Below, in pieces: positions 1 to 13,000 of a stretch of DNA of 64,000 nucleotides (positions are counted from its first letter, which is position 1; each line of letters opens with the position of its first letter). Origin of the DNA: Balanoglossus misakiensis (Eukaryota > Animalia > Hemichordata); contig CM082578.2 in assembly GCA_040954595.2 (NCBI GenBank), positions 12,834,520-12,898,519 of the forward strand. The letters run 5' to 3'. The position numbers and the translations under genes are program-made. A model generated the notes under the pieces. That model saw only the letters and a program-made list of their open reading frames with translations. It had not been told where the DNA came from and did not search any database.

Positions 1-166
1 GTCTATGGGATTTGTATACTGTTGTCATGTCTCCCAAATGTGGTGGAAGGCCTTCGCGATTGTCTATATTTGAGTTCTCAGCAAACGCCATGTCAGTATT
101 TGAAATCTCGCAGAGTTCTTCTCACGTGGGCAAAAGTGACAATCATTATCTACTATAGTACTGGTT

Positions 167-180
167 GTTTCCATGGAAAC
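167..180. promoter_or_regulatory. RFX X-box-like palindrome GTTTCCATGGAAAC in a Piccolo intron
   Basis: Perfect 14-bp palindrome fitting the X-box consensus GTHNYYATRRNAAC. Confidence 0.4.
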
Positions 181-916
181 GCGAGCGGTTCGGCATCTTT
201 TGCTCGGCAAAACCTCGAGCGATAAGCGTGAATAGCAATGTGGAGCTGATATCGTCCCTTTGGTGAAGAGAACAAACGTGGCAGATAGCTCATCGAACGA
301 GAGTTTTTGTCATCACAGCAATGCGATGTAAATTGCATAGAATCTTACGTCAATATAACAATGTTTTGTGATTGCACATAGCCAGATAACAATCCTACGT
401 CATCGCTACGATGCCAAGTGATTGTAACAGAACCTAACGGTATTACACCTAACCAGCGTATTATGTGAATCTTTACAAATCTGCTGGTTTCAAACCTGAT
501 TATGCTTACGTAGGGTAAAAGACTCATTAGACATAGAACTCATGGTCAGGGGGAACTTCCGCTTTGTGTAATTTGCCACATTTAAGTTTGTAGCATGTGC
601 AGGTTCAATTTAGTAATCATATGATAAGTTACCATGTAGACGAGTTCATGAAACCTAACCTAAATGGTGCATAAATTGTACCGGGTGATGTATATTAGTA
701 TGAACTGAAATATCATACTGTAATGTTTTACCCCGTTCCTCATCCAATACTCTTCAATGATGTATGTTTCGCCGAATGTCTATCTAGTTTAGGAAATCCA
801 ATAATCTTTCCGGAGAGTAATGAAATAGTTATGAACTGTCACGTGGTGGTGATGATGAAGATGATTGATTGACACATTTCGCTCGGTTGGATTCGATAAG
901 TTAGAATTTTACAAAC

Positions 917-995
917 TCATTCATTCATTCATTCATTCATTCATTCATTCATTCATTCATTCATTCATTCATTCATTCATTCATTCATTCATTCA
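917..995. repeat. (TCAT)n microsatellite
   Basis: About 20 perfect tetranucleotide units. Confidence 0.97.
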
Positions 996-1067
996 ACCAG
1001 GTACCGACTGTCTGTGATGATAGACAATAAGTGTACACTATATAAATGTCTGTTTTTTTTATTTCAG

Positions 1068-4000
1068 GAGAGAAGATCGTCAACGCCAATGTCTGAAGAT
1101 TCGTACGCAGGCGCAGCAGGTGAGGGGCGAGAACGAAAACAATTAGAACATTCTGAGTCGTCGGAGGAAAGACCTGAGAGCGAAAGCCGTTCGCGAGGTT
1201 CGTACAGTAATACAGATCACTTGTTAGGCAGACGGAGTGGAGCATTCCGGGACGCGCCAAATTAAACTGCGAAGACCTCAGAAGAACTCAAACGACTCCA
1301 GGCTGCAACATTCAAATAAGATGAAAATAATTGGAGATGCGAAATTTTCGGCAGAGAATGTCGGATGTTCGGTTGTTCTGCACGTTTTACCGATTAAGAT
1401 TGGTGATATATATTTAATTTAATTCCTTATATGTTTATTGCATTGTTGATATAAAGGTGACACGCAGATTTATGTATTATAAATTGGATGTTGCAGCCCT
1501 GCAGCCAACGCCTTAAATATTCCCGCCGCTGGAAAAGAAACGTGTTTACTTTTTTGCGTGCAATTTCTTTTGCAGGGGTAGGCCAGAGCTCTAGTGATGA
1601 GGATGGCTGCAAATCTTCAAACGCAAAAGACATGAGCAGGCGTTCACGAACCCAAGCTACAGCTCAGGAGATGTCAGATCAAAGTGATTTCCAGCACGAT
1701 GAACAATGCAGCTTAGACAATATCAGTCCCAGTTCGACGTACGACAGCGGATTAGGCGCCAGCACGATGATGCCATCAGCTGACGACGTGGTCGTGGGCG
1801 TGGATGAACCGCCACAGCAGCCGCAGCGAAAAGAACGAACTCGTACCATGTCTCTCCAGAGGCAAGACACGACGGAGTCCCTGGATGACGAAGAAATGCA
1901 GCGGCAGCTGCTCGATTTGGCCGGTAACGGCAGCCTCGACGAGGACGAAATGATGAGACAGTTATTGGAGATGGCCGCCATGGCGAGCGTCGATCAAGAC
2001 GAGAGCGAGGCTGCTCACACAATGGCGAGCGAGGAGATCAGCCAATCAGATGACGTCCCGGTTGGGGACCGTGATGGTGCTTACGGAGAGGAGTCGCCCA
2101 TGTGTCCGATACCCGCGAAACCCGCGGCCGAGACGGTGGTTGCACGGGTAGATGAACCAACAGACGCAACATCGGATATCTCAATCACAGCGGACACTGT
2201 TACAGCCAGTGACAGTTCAATTGCAGAGGAGGACGAAACGGAGCAGACAGAAAACGAAAGTGCTAACTACACGCAATATATTCTGACAGACCGGGAAAGG
2301 AACGCCGTGTCCATCAGCAGTATGATTCCGCAATTTGCATACAAGAGCGCGTCATTTGATGACGATTCGCTCAGGAAAGAACCCTCCAAGATTGGTCGTG
2401 ACGAGGATTACAAGGAACACATTGAAAAGAGACTGCTGGTGAAATCGGGGTCACTTGATTCCAAGACCAGGGACGCGGTGCTCTCTGACAGTCCTGTTTT
2501 GAGGAAGCCGATCAGGAGATTTGAACCGCGGTGGAAGCATGAGAGTCTCAGTGATAGTGAAATTAGGTCAAGCAGTAGACAGATAGAAATCGATACAAGT
2601 ACCCTGGCCAGAAGCAAGTCACTACTAGCCAAGAGTGACTCCACTTTAGCAAGCAAAGGCAGAACAGACACAGCCGTGCTGGGGACCTCGGTCAGTGTGG
2701 AGTCTGGCATCGGGAGCATGGACAGCGGGCTCAACGGTAAAAACGGGAAGGCCAGCACTTCTCCGATGAACAATGCCCAGGATGTACAAGAGGGTCCGGA
2801 GATCCGGTATCAATCATTCCACGACCTCAGAAAAGTTGGCACCGAGGAGCCAACAACGACGAGTATGCAACCCGCGCCCGCCCTGCAGTACACCCGGCAC
2901 AAACCCTTGAACCTTCCCAAGAGGCGGCGGGCGAAGCCAGTGATGGAGATCCCGCTGTCCCCCATATGGGACGTGGAGATCGTCACGCCGGAATCGGATC
3001 ACCCGGCGGGAGACTTCCAGTCGCCCGAGTACAGCAACCCAGAACTCGCGGAAGAATCGCCGATCGAGCCCATGGCGAAAGTGAATTACCACGAAGGGGA
3101 GGAACTGTGTGTAACGTTGACTAAACTGAGCGCAAAGCCAGAAGAACCTGTCGTTGTACCGACCACAGTTGATGTGTCTGATGAAATACCGCCTACACAA
3201 GAAAAGGAAAAGGTTGAAAGCGAACAAAGTAAAGCGACAGTCAAGGAGCCAGAACCAGAGGACAAGACAGAAGTGCATAGTACATTCGGCCTACAAAAAC
3301 GTGCCTTAGACTCTGTCCCGGAAGAACCACCTGAATTTCTCAAAACTCAGGAGGAGGAGAAAAAAGTGACATCGATCGAAGACACGTTGTCCAAGTCGGA
3401 AGCTAAGCCTAAACCATCAAAACTTCCCGCACTTGCAGGGAAGTCAGAACTTTCATCTGTGGGTGCTACAAAGACCGTGACAGCACAGATAAGAAGAACA
3501 GAGAAAGAGTACAAGAGTTACATAGAGACCTTTAAGCAGACTACTTCGAAAGATGGCAGTGCGGGCAAGGCAGAGATAGATCCAAAAGGCCCATCCGAAC
3601 CCTGCACGGACAGTTTGCAACACGTGGCAGAGACGGACAAAGAGGAAACATTGCTTGGTGCTACAACTGTAAAGGGGGACATTGAAATCAAAGTGAAAGA
3701 AGCACAATTATCAGAGCAGGTTCAAGGAAACCTGTCAGAGCCTGATAGGGATACAATTAAGAAGGATATTACAGATCAAACAGCTGATACTCTTCTAGGG
3801 GGCAGTGATGGCAAATCACTGTACAATACCATGCAAACACTTGGGACAATTGCCACGGTAGTAAAGGAGAGGGAAGGGGCTATCTTTGTGGTGTCCAAGT
3901 ATGAAGGGGGAGACGACGGGGAGGCCAAAGACAAGGAAAAGGGTCCGCAGAAGAAAGATGCGCCAGACACATCGAAACCAACCAAAAATGACTCAAAACT

Positions 4001-7000
4001 TCCAACAAGGCGACGCCACAAGCCTGTACCTCTGCCTCGGACAAGTAAGCTACCAACGCTGGCCAGCTTAGACGAAAAACTGCCAGTATCAAAGATAGAA
4101 AACGATGAGCCTTCTCTTCGTGACAGGCGAACACGAAGAACTCTGCCATCTACCGTTACGGCGTCAAAATCCACTGAATCCATGCCCACCACTACCAGAG
4201 CTGGAGATGTCCACACTAAGACCACTTCGTACGGAAAATACAGGTCACGGTCGCTTGATGCCATACCGCAGTCTAAGTTGCCTTCGAGGCTGGGTAAAAT
4301 ACCAGAAATGTCCCGAATGAAGTCGGAAGAAGCAGTGAGTCAGTCTAGCTCCAGCAGACTACCCACGAAAATCCCACGTGGGAAGCCAAAACCGTCCCCT
4401 TCAACGAGCAGACAGGCAAGTACTGATAGCAACGGTGGGTCTCCAGACTCGATATTAGAATCTCCAGTAACACCCGAAATGGCCACAAAAACGTTTTCAG
4501 AGCCTAAGCCAAGCAGCCCCACACAGGACACGAGTGGACAGGAACCTGCATTCACGTTAGCTAGTCCCCCTAGCCCTAGGGAAGAAAGTCACTTCGGAAT
4601 AACAAAAGGGCCCCTTGAAAAATCAGACAAGAAAAGAGCCTCGCCTCCTCAGACAAAACCGGATCTCAAAGCTGGACACGAGCGGGGGCGTGTACCCTTG
4701 AGGAAGCAAAACGAATCGATAGCATCCGAAGGAAGCGTCGACAAGCCTGGCAAGCCTGCTAAACCACCTGTAGCCCCCAGGAAAACAATCGGCACCGCCA
4801 TGGGCAGAAGTTTCGATGGGAAACTTATTCCTCGCCCAAAGACTGCGACAACAGAGACGGGAACGGAAACGGAAATTGACATGCCGCCCAAACCGAGGCA
4901 AGTGAAGACCATCTCCACGGCAATGGGAACAAGCTTCGACGAAAGGAGATTCATGGGCCGGTATTCGCCCAGAGCCACGGCGGAAGCCACGACGGAAACC
5001 TACGGGCAGCTGTCTGAAGCGATGCGACAGAAAAAGGCGATGCTGAGTGAGGCGGTCGGGACAAGTTTTGATCAAGAAATTGAGACGTCCAAAAAGCAGA
5101 CGACAGAAACGGGGACTTCTCCGCCGACGCCGACGAGAAAATCATACAAGAGCACGGCCACGGGGAGCTTTGACATGGGCGTGGCCGAAGCCAAGAAAAT
5201 GACAGATAGCGGCACATCACCGGAGTCGCCGGTGAAGAAAACTGTCCAGACCATTGCGACAGAAACCAGCTTTGAAGAAGATGCACCCAAGACGAAGCCG
5301 GTGGTCGAAGAGAAGGGAACGTCACCGCCCAGCAGTCCAAAGATCACAAAGAGCGATCTCGAGCAAGTCCCGCCATCGAGAACAGCCGAAGCTGTTCTGG
5401 GTATCACGACGGCGAGCACCAGCTATCGTGAAAATCAGTTGATCTTCGTCTCGGCCAGCCAGCAGAGGAAGTCCACAGACAGGAGGAACCATGCAGACGC
5501 ACCGCGAACTGTGCAGCCAAAAACAGTCAGCATTGGGACCAACACAGAAGACAGCATCCTCAGAAGGTCGTCAATCGATCAGCTCTTGGACGATATGGAC
5601 CATCGGCCATCTTTCAGCATGTCCACGTACAGCGACGATGAGTATTCAGCGCCGTCAGTAGCCAGAGCGAGGAGATTCTCGTTTGAAGACAACGACCGGA
5701 GAAGCTCATCACTACCATCCACACCAAGTCGAATTCCCCGGTCTCCCAGCAGCAGGGTAAGTTGTGGACATACTCTCCCACTTTTCATTCCAGTGGTATA
5801 TGTGTTGAATTAATTTACATCAACCAATCGGGAAAACAGCTTTTATGGTTGGAGAGTTTTTTTCGATCTGTGATCTCGCGGGCTGAATGCCTTACCATGC
5901 ACCTAATATAATTATAATGATATCATTTTAAAAGTTGAAAACATATTATATTGTTAACACAATGTAATCTTAAATTACACGTATTTATATCATTTTACAT
6001 TGAGTATTTTTATTCTGCAGATGTCTATTATGTAGGTTCCTTCTCGGGATTCATCAAAGCCAATATTTGTTTCGATTGTTTTCATATCAAGTGAACTAAA
6101 TGTTTTACTTATGAGGAAAGATCTAAGACACTTTACTGGCCATTTTATAAGAAGGCTGACACTGTCCTTTTTACAGAGTACTTCCAGTGACACAGAAGGA
6201 GTTGACAGCGATGCTGACACGCCTCGGAAGATTCGTCGAAGATTACCCGAAATTCCACCGGACGCCGTTCCCGCTCCCATGCCGAGGAGAAGTAAAAGTT
6301 CCAAATTGGAAAAGGGAATTTCGGAGCAGGAAGCCGAGCGAGCGAGCGAATTGAACAAAGTGAAGGAGATGCTCTACAAGAAGGCGGAAGAGTTGCAGCG
6401 ACAGCGAAGTGAGAGCGAAAAATCGGCAGCTGCCTCGGACTCTCCCGGCCAACGCCAAGAGGTCACCCGCATCACGGTGAGACACTCCAAGCTGCCGACG
6501 GTCACCAAGAAGAACGGCGGCAACAAAAGTGGTGCTTCTTCAGTTTCAAAGCCTCCCTCGGCCGGTCTCGGCAATGGTGCTAAATCAGCGAACGGTGCTC
6601 GAGCGAAGCAAGCTGTCCCAACCTCAACGCCCAAGAGACTGTCGCCTCCTCAGGAAAAACCCGTCGCCTCGAAACAACCCACGGCCACCAGGGAGAGGTT
6701 CGGTTACAAGCGAACCTCCCCTCCCTCTGGAAAACAGAAACAGGTGAAAGGTGAAGGCGAAAGCAACCTGACTCAGCTCGTGTATCTGACAAAGTCAGAA
6801 GAGGACATCATCCGGGAGATTGAAAGACAAATAAGTGACACGGCTGGAACAGAGTACAGGGCGTTTGAGCCGGCGGAAATCAAGCGGGAAGTGCGAAGAA
6901 AATATGCAGACTACATTGGTCACGACTATGACCTTACCTCACTGTCAAAACTGAACACTGCGTCCTCGTCAGCGGAACCGAAAGAATCACCGGCCGCAGC

Positions 7001-10000
7001 AGCAGATAGACCCAAAAGGGCATCACCAACCCAACGTGGGGCGTCATCGAAACAAACTGAAGCGGGAGGCAAAAAGAGGACGTCGCCCACAAAAGACGAA
7101 AAGGCGGCAAAACAGACAGAAACTGTCGGCCACAAAAGAGACTCGCCCACAAAAGATGACAGGCCATCTAGAAGTCGTCTTCCCGTGAAGAAATTCACAC
7201 CAACCACCAAACCGGACGTGGCCCGGAAGTATGGCGTGGACCAAACGCGAAAACTGGACGACAAGACTTCGCCGCAGGTTCCAAGATACCAGTACATCGG
7301 CAAACCCGACAGGGACAACTCTGCCAAACCTCAATCGGGCGAAAAACTAAACGGGGTCAGGGCAAAGAAAGATGACGATAAGGACAGGCTCCAGGAAGGG
7401 AGGGACGATGCACCGAGCCAGAGCAGATCACCCAAATCACAAGCAAGAACATCGCCCCAATCGTCCCCCCAGCGACGCCGCCACCGGAGGCAGAATTCCG
7501 ACCCCCACGTTCAGAAGTTCTCGCCGATAAAAGAGGACAGCGATTTTGAGTCGCAGATATCCGCCGTCGAGTCGCCGAAAGCCAAGAAGGCGGACAAGCA
7601 GTCGCAGGGACAGGTCGGCCGAAAGTCGCCATCAGGGAAAGATGCCGCTCCTCCAAAACACACAAGGCGGAGGAAGGACACGCCAACCATCATGCCAATG
7701 TCTGAGGAGATAGTAAGTAACTTCATTGCAAATGGTTTTGCTAAATACCAAACTCGCCTGTCGCACGTTCGTTAATTCATTCATTGATTCCAGATATTAG
7801 AAAAAACAAGCATTTCAGTTGTGTAGCACACTGACTACTGGAGAAGTCATGTGAGGGCGGTAAGAACAAAATACAGGTGGTCAGATGCGTACTCAGGAAT
7901 ACCACGTAGTTCTGTGTTCGTTCACGCATGTGGTTTTGTTTGTACCACTGTCCGTTCAGATTGTCGAGTTTCATATTTTTTTCCATGTGTCTATTTCGTT
8001 TGGAAATAAAGATGGCCCAAGCGGAACGAATGAGCCAGGAGGGAGAAATGATCGAGCGGAAAATCAAAGAAGAGAAAAGAGAACAGCTACGAAAGGAAAT
8101 AGAAAAAAGGAAGAAGCAAATGGAGGAATCTGCCAGAAAGCTGGAAGAGATCAAAGCCATGCGTCAGTTCGACTCTCAACTTGACACCGTGAAGACAAGT
8201 TACAGCTATGACGATAAACTGAGAAATCTGGACACCGCCAGACTGAGTGACCACGACAGACAGTATGGTTCCTTGGAAACCATGGCGATGGTGCGAAACA
8301 TGCCAAATTTTAGCCTTTCACAGTCCAGCTCGTTCAACTCTTCGTCGGACGACATGTACGGTTCGGACGGCCAGCACCTAATCTTCCCGCTGAAGAGCCC
8401 TCAGCGGACGAAAGGGGAAGACGAGGGAACGGGGTTTCCTCAAAAGAAACCGGCCGAGAGGCAAATACACTATGATGAAGTCACCGGGAGCGCCGTGCAT
8501 ATTGTCCAGCAGAGCCTCGTCGCCAGTAAAGACGGCCAGCAACAGCCGGCGTTGGGTCTGCGAAGAAGCTCGGCTTTCACCGGTCGGGATGAGATTGACT
8601 CGGGAATGGGAGTGACGGAAGCCGGAAGTGAGATATCGGAAAAACAGGTATGTATAGGTGTGGTATATAGATGAAGTTTATAAACTGACCATTTATCACT
8701 ATAGTATTTGTTCACGAATTTCATGTTTACTTAATATTCAGGAAAGTGGCAGGAGACACGCCGACAGCTCCCGGAAACCCCCGAAGGGTGACGAACACAA
8801 ACGAACTCCGTCAAGTCCCAGTAAAGCTGCTCTGGGAAAATCAAAGGCTTTGTCTGCTCCTGCATTTCGATCGAGTAAGTTGAATTTAGATTTTCATCGG
8901 CTGTAGGTGAGTAGATAGACTGTCTGTAGCTAGTAAGAAGACATTATTCATGTTTCCATGGTGTTTTTGGCAAATGTTTATTTGGAATCAGCGGGCTCGA
9001 GGTTTCTTAGTCTGGCCCCAGACCAGTGTGTTTTAGATATATAGAAATTCTACACACTGGTCTGGAACCAGGCTATGGTGGTGTCTATCGTTGTGCATTT
9101 ATTACAGGTTCAAACTTCGAATTTAATTCATTCCCAATTGAGTTCATATAAAATGTATAATTCTGAGAAAGACTACTAAATTACTAAATGATAGTTTTCC
9201 TTTCAAATGTACCTGAATTGCTTACATATACCTAGTGGTGTATGTCTCTCTCTCTCTCTCTCTCTTTGTCTCTATTTAATATCTCTGTCCGTCCATCCGT
9301 CTGTCTGTCTGTCGCTGTTTAGCTTCCGGTTACGGCCAGAAAAGTGCATTCAAGACGGAAAAGAGTGAATTTTCATCCGCAGAATTTGGTAGTTTTGGTA
9401 AATATCGAGTCCTGCGTTCATTATTTTCTATTTTCTGGCTGACCACTTCTAATATTTACTGGTCATTTGATACCTCAAACGCATTTTTTGTCTTTGGCAT
9501 GGAAAGTAAATTAACAGCAAAGATGATAATATTTCACGGATAGACTCTTCGTTTGCAAATCACTAAGTATGCCATCGGTAATTCTGTTGCAGATTTCCGT
9601 TCGGTCGGACGTGACACGGACTGGTCAGACCCGCATGGCGACAGTGACGACGATACCTATCATGCTAAAAGTGCCGTTTCTTCGTATCGAGGACATAAGT
9701 CACACATGGACAGAGAAAAGGGGGTAAATTTGATAGTCGTTTCTCCCCTGGTTTATATTCCAGGGTGCACTGAACAGGTGTTGAGCTAATATGTAAATTT
9801 TACTGTCCTTTGTTTAGTAGGACTGATTTTCAAATTCTAATTCAGAGTCTTACGCTGAGTACATGCACTATGGGATGTGTATAGGTGAGGTATATATTCA
9901 GAGCATTTCATCATGGTTTAGGAAGCTGAACATGAAAGAAGTTGTTTCACGGGGCAAGAATACTGAAAATTTGTCAAAAACTACCAGAGCTGCATTTTGT

Positions 10001-13000
10001 AAACTGAGACTACAAAAGTAATCGCTCTTATAAATGACGTCATTGCAGGTCATGTCACCCGTGAGCACCTCTGGCGGTCACCACGGACAGGCAACCAAGA
10101 CATTTCTGTTCAGCAGAGACCCAAAGGACAGATCCGTGAGAGGTAAGCCGCTGTTATTAATGCTCGACGACAAGCGAGAAACAGTGCTGTCATTTCGCGG
10201 AGGATACTACTTTAAAAACCTGTTACGCTTTTGTGGTCAATGATGTAAAGGGGGAGTCAAACTAAAATTACAGCGATAATTGCTAGTATGAAGAACAGCG
10301 AATCTGACAATGGCGGATCTGCCATTTTAGGCACCGATGCGTTTTCCTGTGGCGGGAAGGCCTGGCGTTGCAAAATTTATAATTATCCTAAAATCAAACC
10401 CTATGGCGCACGGCATGTGCTAAAGGTTGCTTTTCCAAACACCGTGAAATGAAAATGTCAAATGTGCAGGGTTTTCCGGTAGTTCTTCGTGCATACTCGT
10501 GGGTAGAGAAAAATGGCCTCTCGGAGCACAATACTTCCATCGCCGCGTGGCTCTGATCCACCACGCACGCGTTCTCAGATTGTGAAAGCCTCATCGGCGA
10601 GATTTGGGTTCTAATTCTTGAACTACGGCCGATTTTATGTAATTTATTAAATGGCAGTAGTAATGCACATGTGTTTGTACTCATGCCCGATTAGCATTTT
10701 AGTTCATTCAGAGAGGCATCAATTAATTGTTGATACGATAATACCTCGACACTTTTTTGCATTTTTTACGAATTTATGCCATGCCTAAGTGAAAAAAGTA
10801 AAATTCAGTTTGTTTATTTTTAACAAAGCATGGATACGTATCGTTACTGTGGAAGTAAAAATCGTGATAATTAACTTACAAGCGAGAAAGTAATTCGAAT
10901 CGAAAGCTTGCGTTTCAGGAAACGGCCTGGGTTTGAAAATAGTGGGCGGCAAGCGGATCCCGGGAACCAATCAAATTGGCGCTTACATTGCCGCCATCTA
11001 CCCGGGTAGCGTGTGCGAGCAAATCGACGACTTGAAAGAAGGGGACCAGGTGTGCGAGTGGAATGGAGTTACTCTCACCGGGAGAACATACGAGGAGGTA
11101 CAGCAAGTTATTCGGTCGACGGATGGGGAAGTGGAGTTAAAAGTGAGATGGTGAGTACTGCACGGGTTACGAGGATAATAAATAGGCGTGCTCTGAAATT
11201 GGCGTTTGCTCCCCGACACACAAAATTTGACCCCCCCCCCCCCCAACTCGGTGATCAACGTCGCAGCATTTGAATCACATTTAACTATATCTTTCCATTC
11301 TTGCAGCGGTGTCGGTATGTGCGAGTCTCCCCGAAAACCGCCACCAACCAAACAACCAAGTGAGAGTTACCAGTCTTCCATGGAAAATATCCCTGAACAC
11401 GACGAAGGTGCGTTGGCCATACATTTTCTGTAGGGTCCATGTGACTTGCAAGTCACTTTGCGAGTCTACAATCAAAATATCTCTAGCTTTGCCGTAATAT
11501 TTTTGTCTTTGCGTTTAACTTTTATGGTCAGAGTAGATATTCACACAAGGATATAAGAATATGAAAGTAGGGGATGCTTACACTACCATCTTTTTTCACA
11601 GAAATCGAAGAACTCGAAAAGCAGAGATACTCGCCGAATACTGGTATAGACCCCACCCAACTTTCCAGGAGACTGGAAGGCATATCAAGGGCGCAGTCGC
11701 AGTCGGGATCCAGTGCAGGGTCGTCGATGAAGCAGGGTAGCCCTCCAAAGTGGCCTGAATCACCAACTATGTCTTCACCCAGCGCGCCATCAACGCCCAA
11801 GGTAAAGTATTCAAGTTTGGAAAATGGAGGGTCGGGTATTGTTTATATTGAGTACATTTATGTATAGCAAAATAATCAAGTGCCGTTTTGGGGGACGGTT
11901 ATACAACGGCATCTACGGTTTAAGAGTTCATGGCGAAACGGGAGGGGCTGGGGCTTGTTCAATCAAAGGGTGTCATAACAAACAGTGGTACAGAGGTAAA
12001 ATATCTCCGTTTAGAAATTTAAAAATATCGCTATTCTTTCACCACTAGTTCCCCCTTTTTATCACCACAACACTACACACCCACCCCTATGTACACCCTG
12101 TTACATGCGGTCTAATTTTAAGTTAAAATGAAAAAGGTCAGGTACTTGTTCAATTTGTATTTTTAAAAATAGTTTATATTAGACTAGTAAGAAATTTCGT
12201 TTTTCTGGGAAGGTAAAGTCTCTGATTGTCATACTTAGGCCTCGTTCAGGAAACACCTGACGCTGATAAAATCCATCACCCTGTTTAATCGTGGTAGAAC
12301 TCGCAGCAAGGTACGTCGACATCAGTCTACGGGCGTAGCGGTGACGGGCGTAAATCATTAGACAAGTCATGCATATAATCGCGCACAAAGAACTACTTTC
12401 ATCTTAAGTTTGCACCATATGCGATTTCTCTTATCTTTCTCACCTTTTCAGTCTTACACTATCAAGCTCATAAACTTCTATGATTTTGTAAAAAAAAAAA
12501 AATATCGATGTCGGTAAGCAGACTTCCCGGCGGTTTGGCACACGTTGTTTCGACGAAATTCCGGTGTTTGAGGCAGCGATCCTCAGTATTGGTGATTGTG
12601 CATTTTGCTTCAAGATTTCGTCTTCGAAATGATTCGGCACCCTCTGATCTTCTCTGTTTTCATAGCCTTTGCATGGCAGCACAATTACTGTACAGTACAT
12701 AGCTATACATGTAATCATAAGCCACATTCTCGATTCTCAATGAAACTTTATAAATCTTTAGAACACAGATTAATTTACATGTAATTCCGACAAGGCTCAC
12801 TGTACCTTTACCGACCGACCTACCTACATACTTCAACTACTATAAAGCTATAGATACCCACATCTTACTACAGGCCTGCCTACCTGTCTTCCTACACCTT
12901 TCACTTTCGCACATGTTAAAATTTATTGCCAGCAGATTCAAAGGTTCTTTTGTGTTCTTTAAAGGGGCAGACATCAGTCAGTTTTCGTACCCTTACAACA

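Noticed and set aside
1679-8724. Many 60-160-aa antisense or alternate-frame ORFs over the large Piccolo exons
   Set aside because: They are shadows of long coding exons, with no independent motifs or splice structure.
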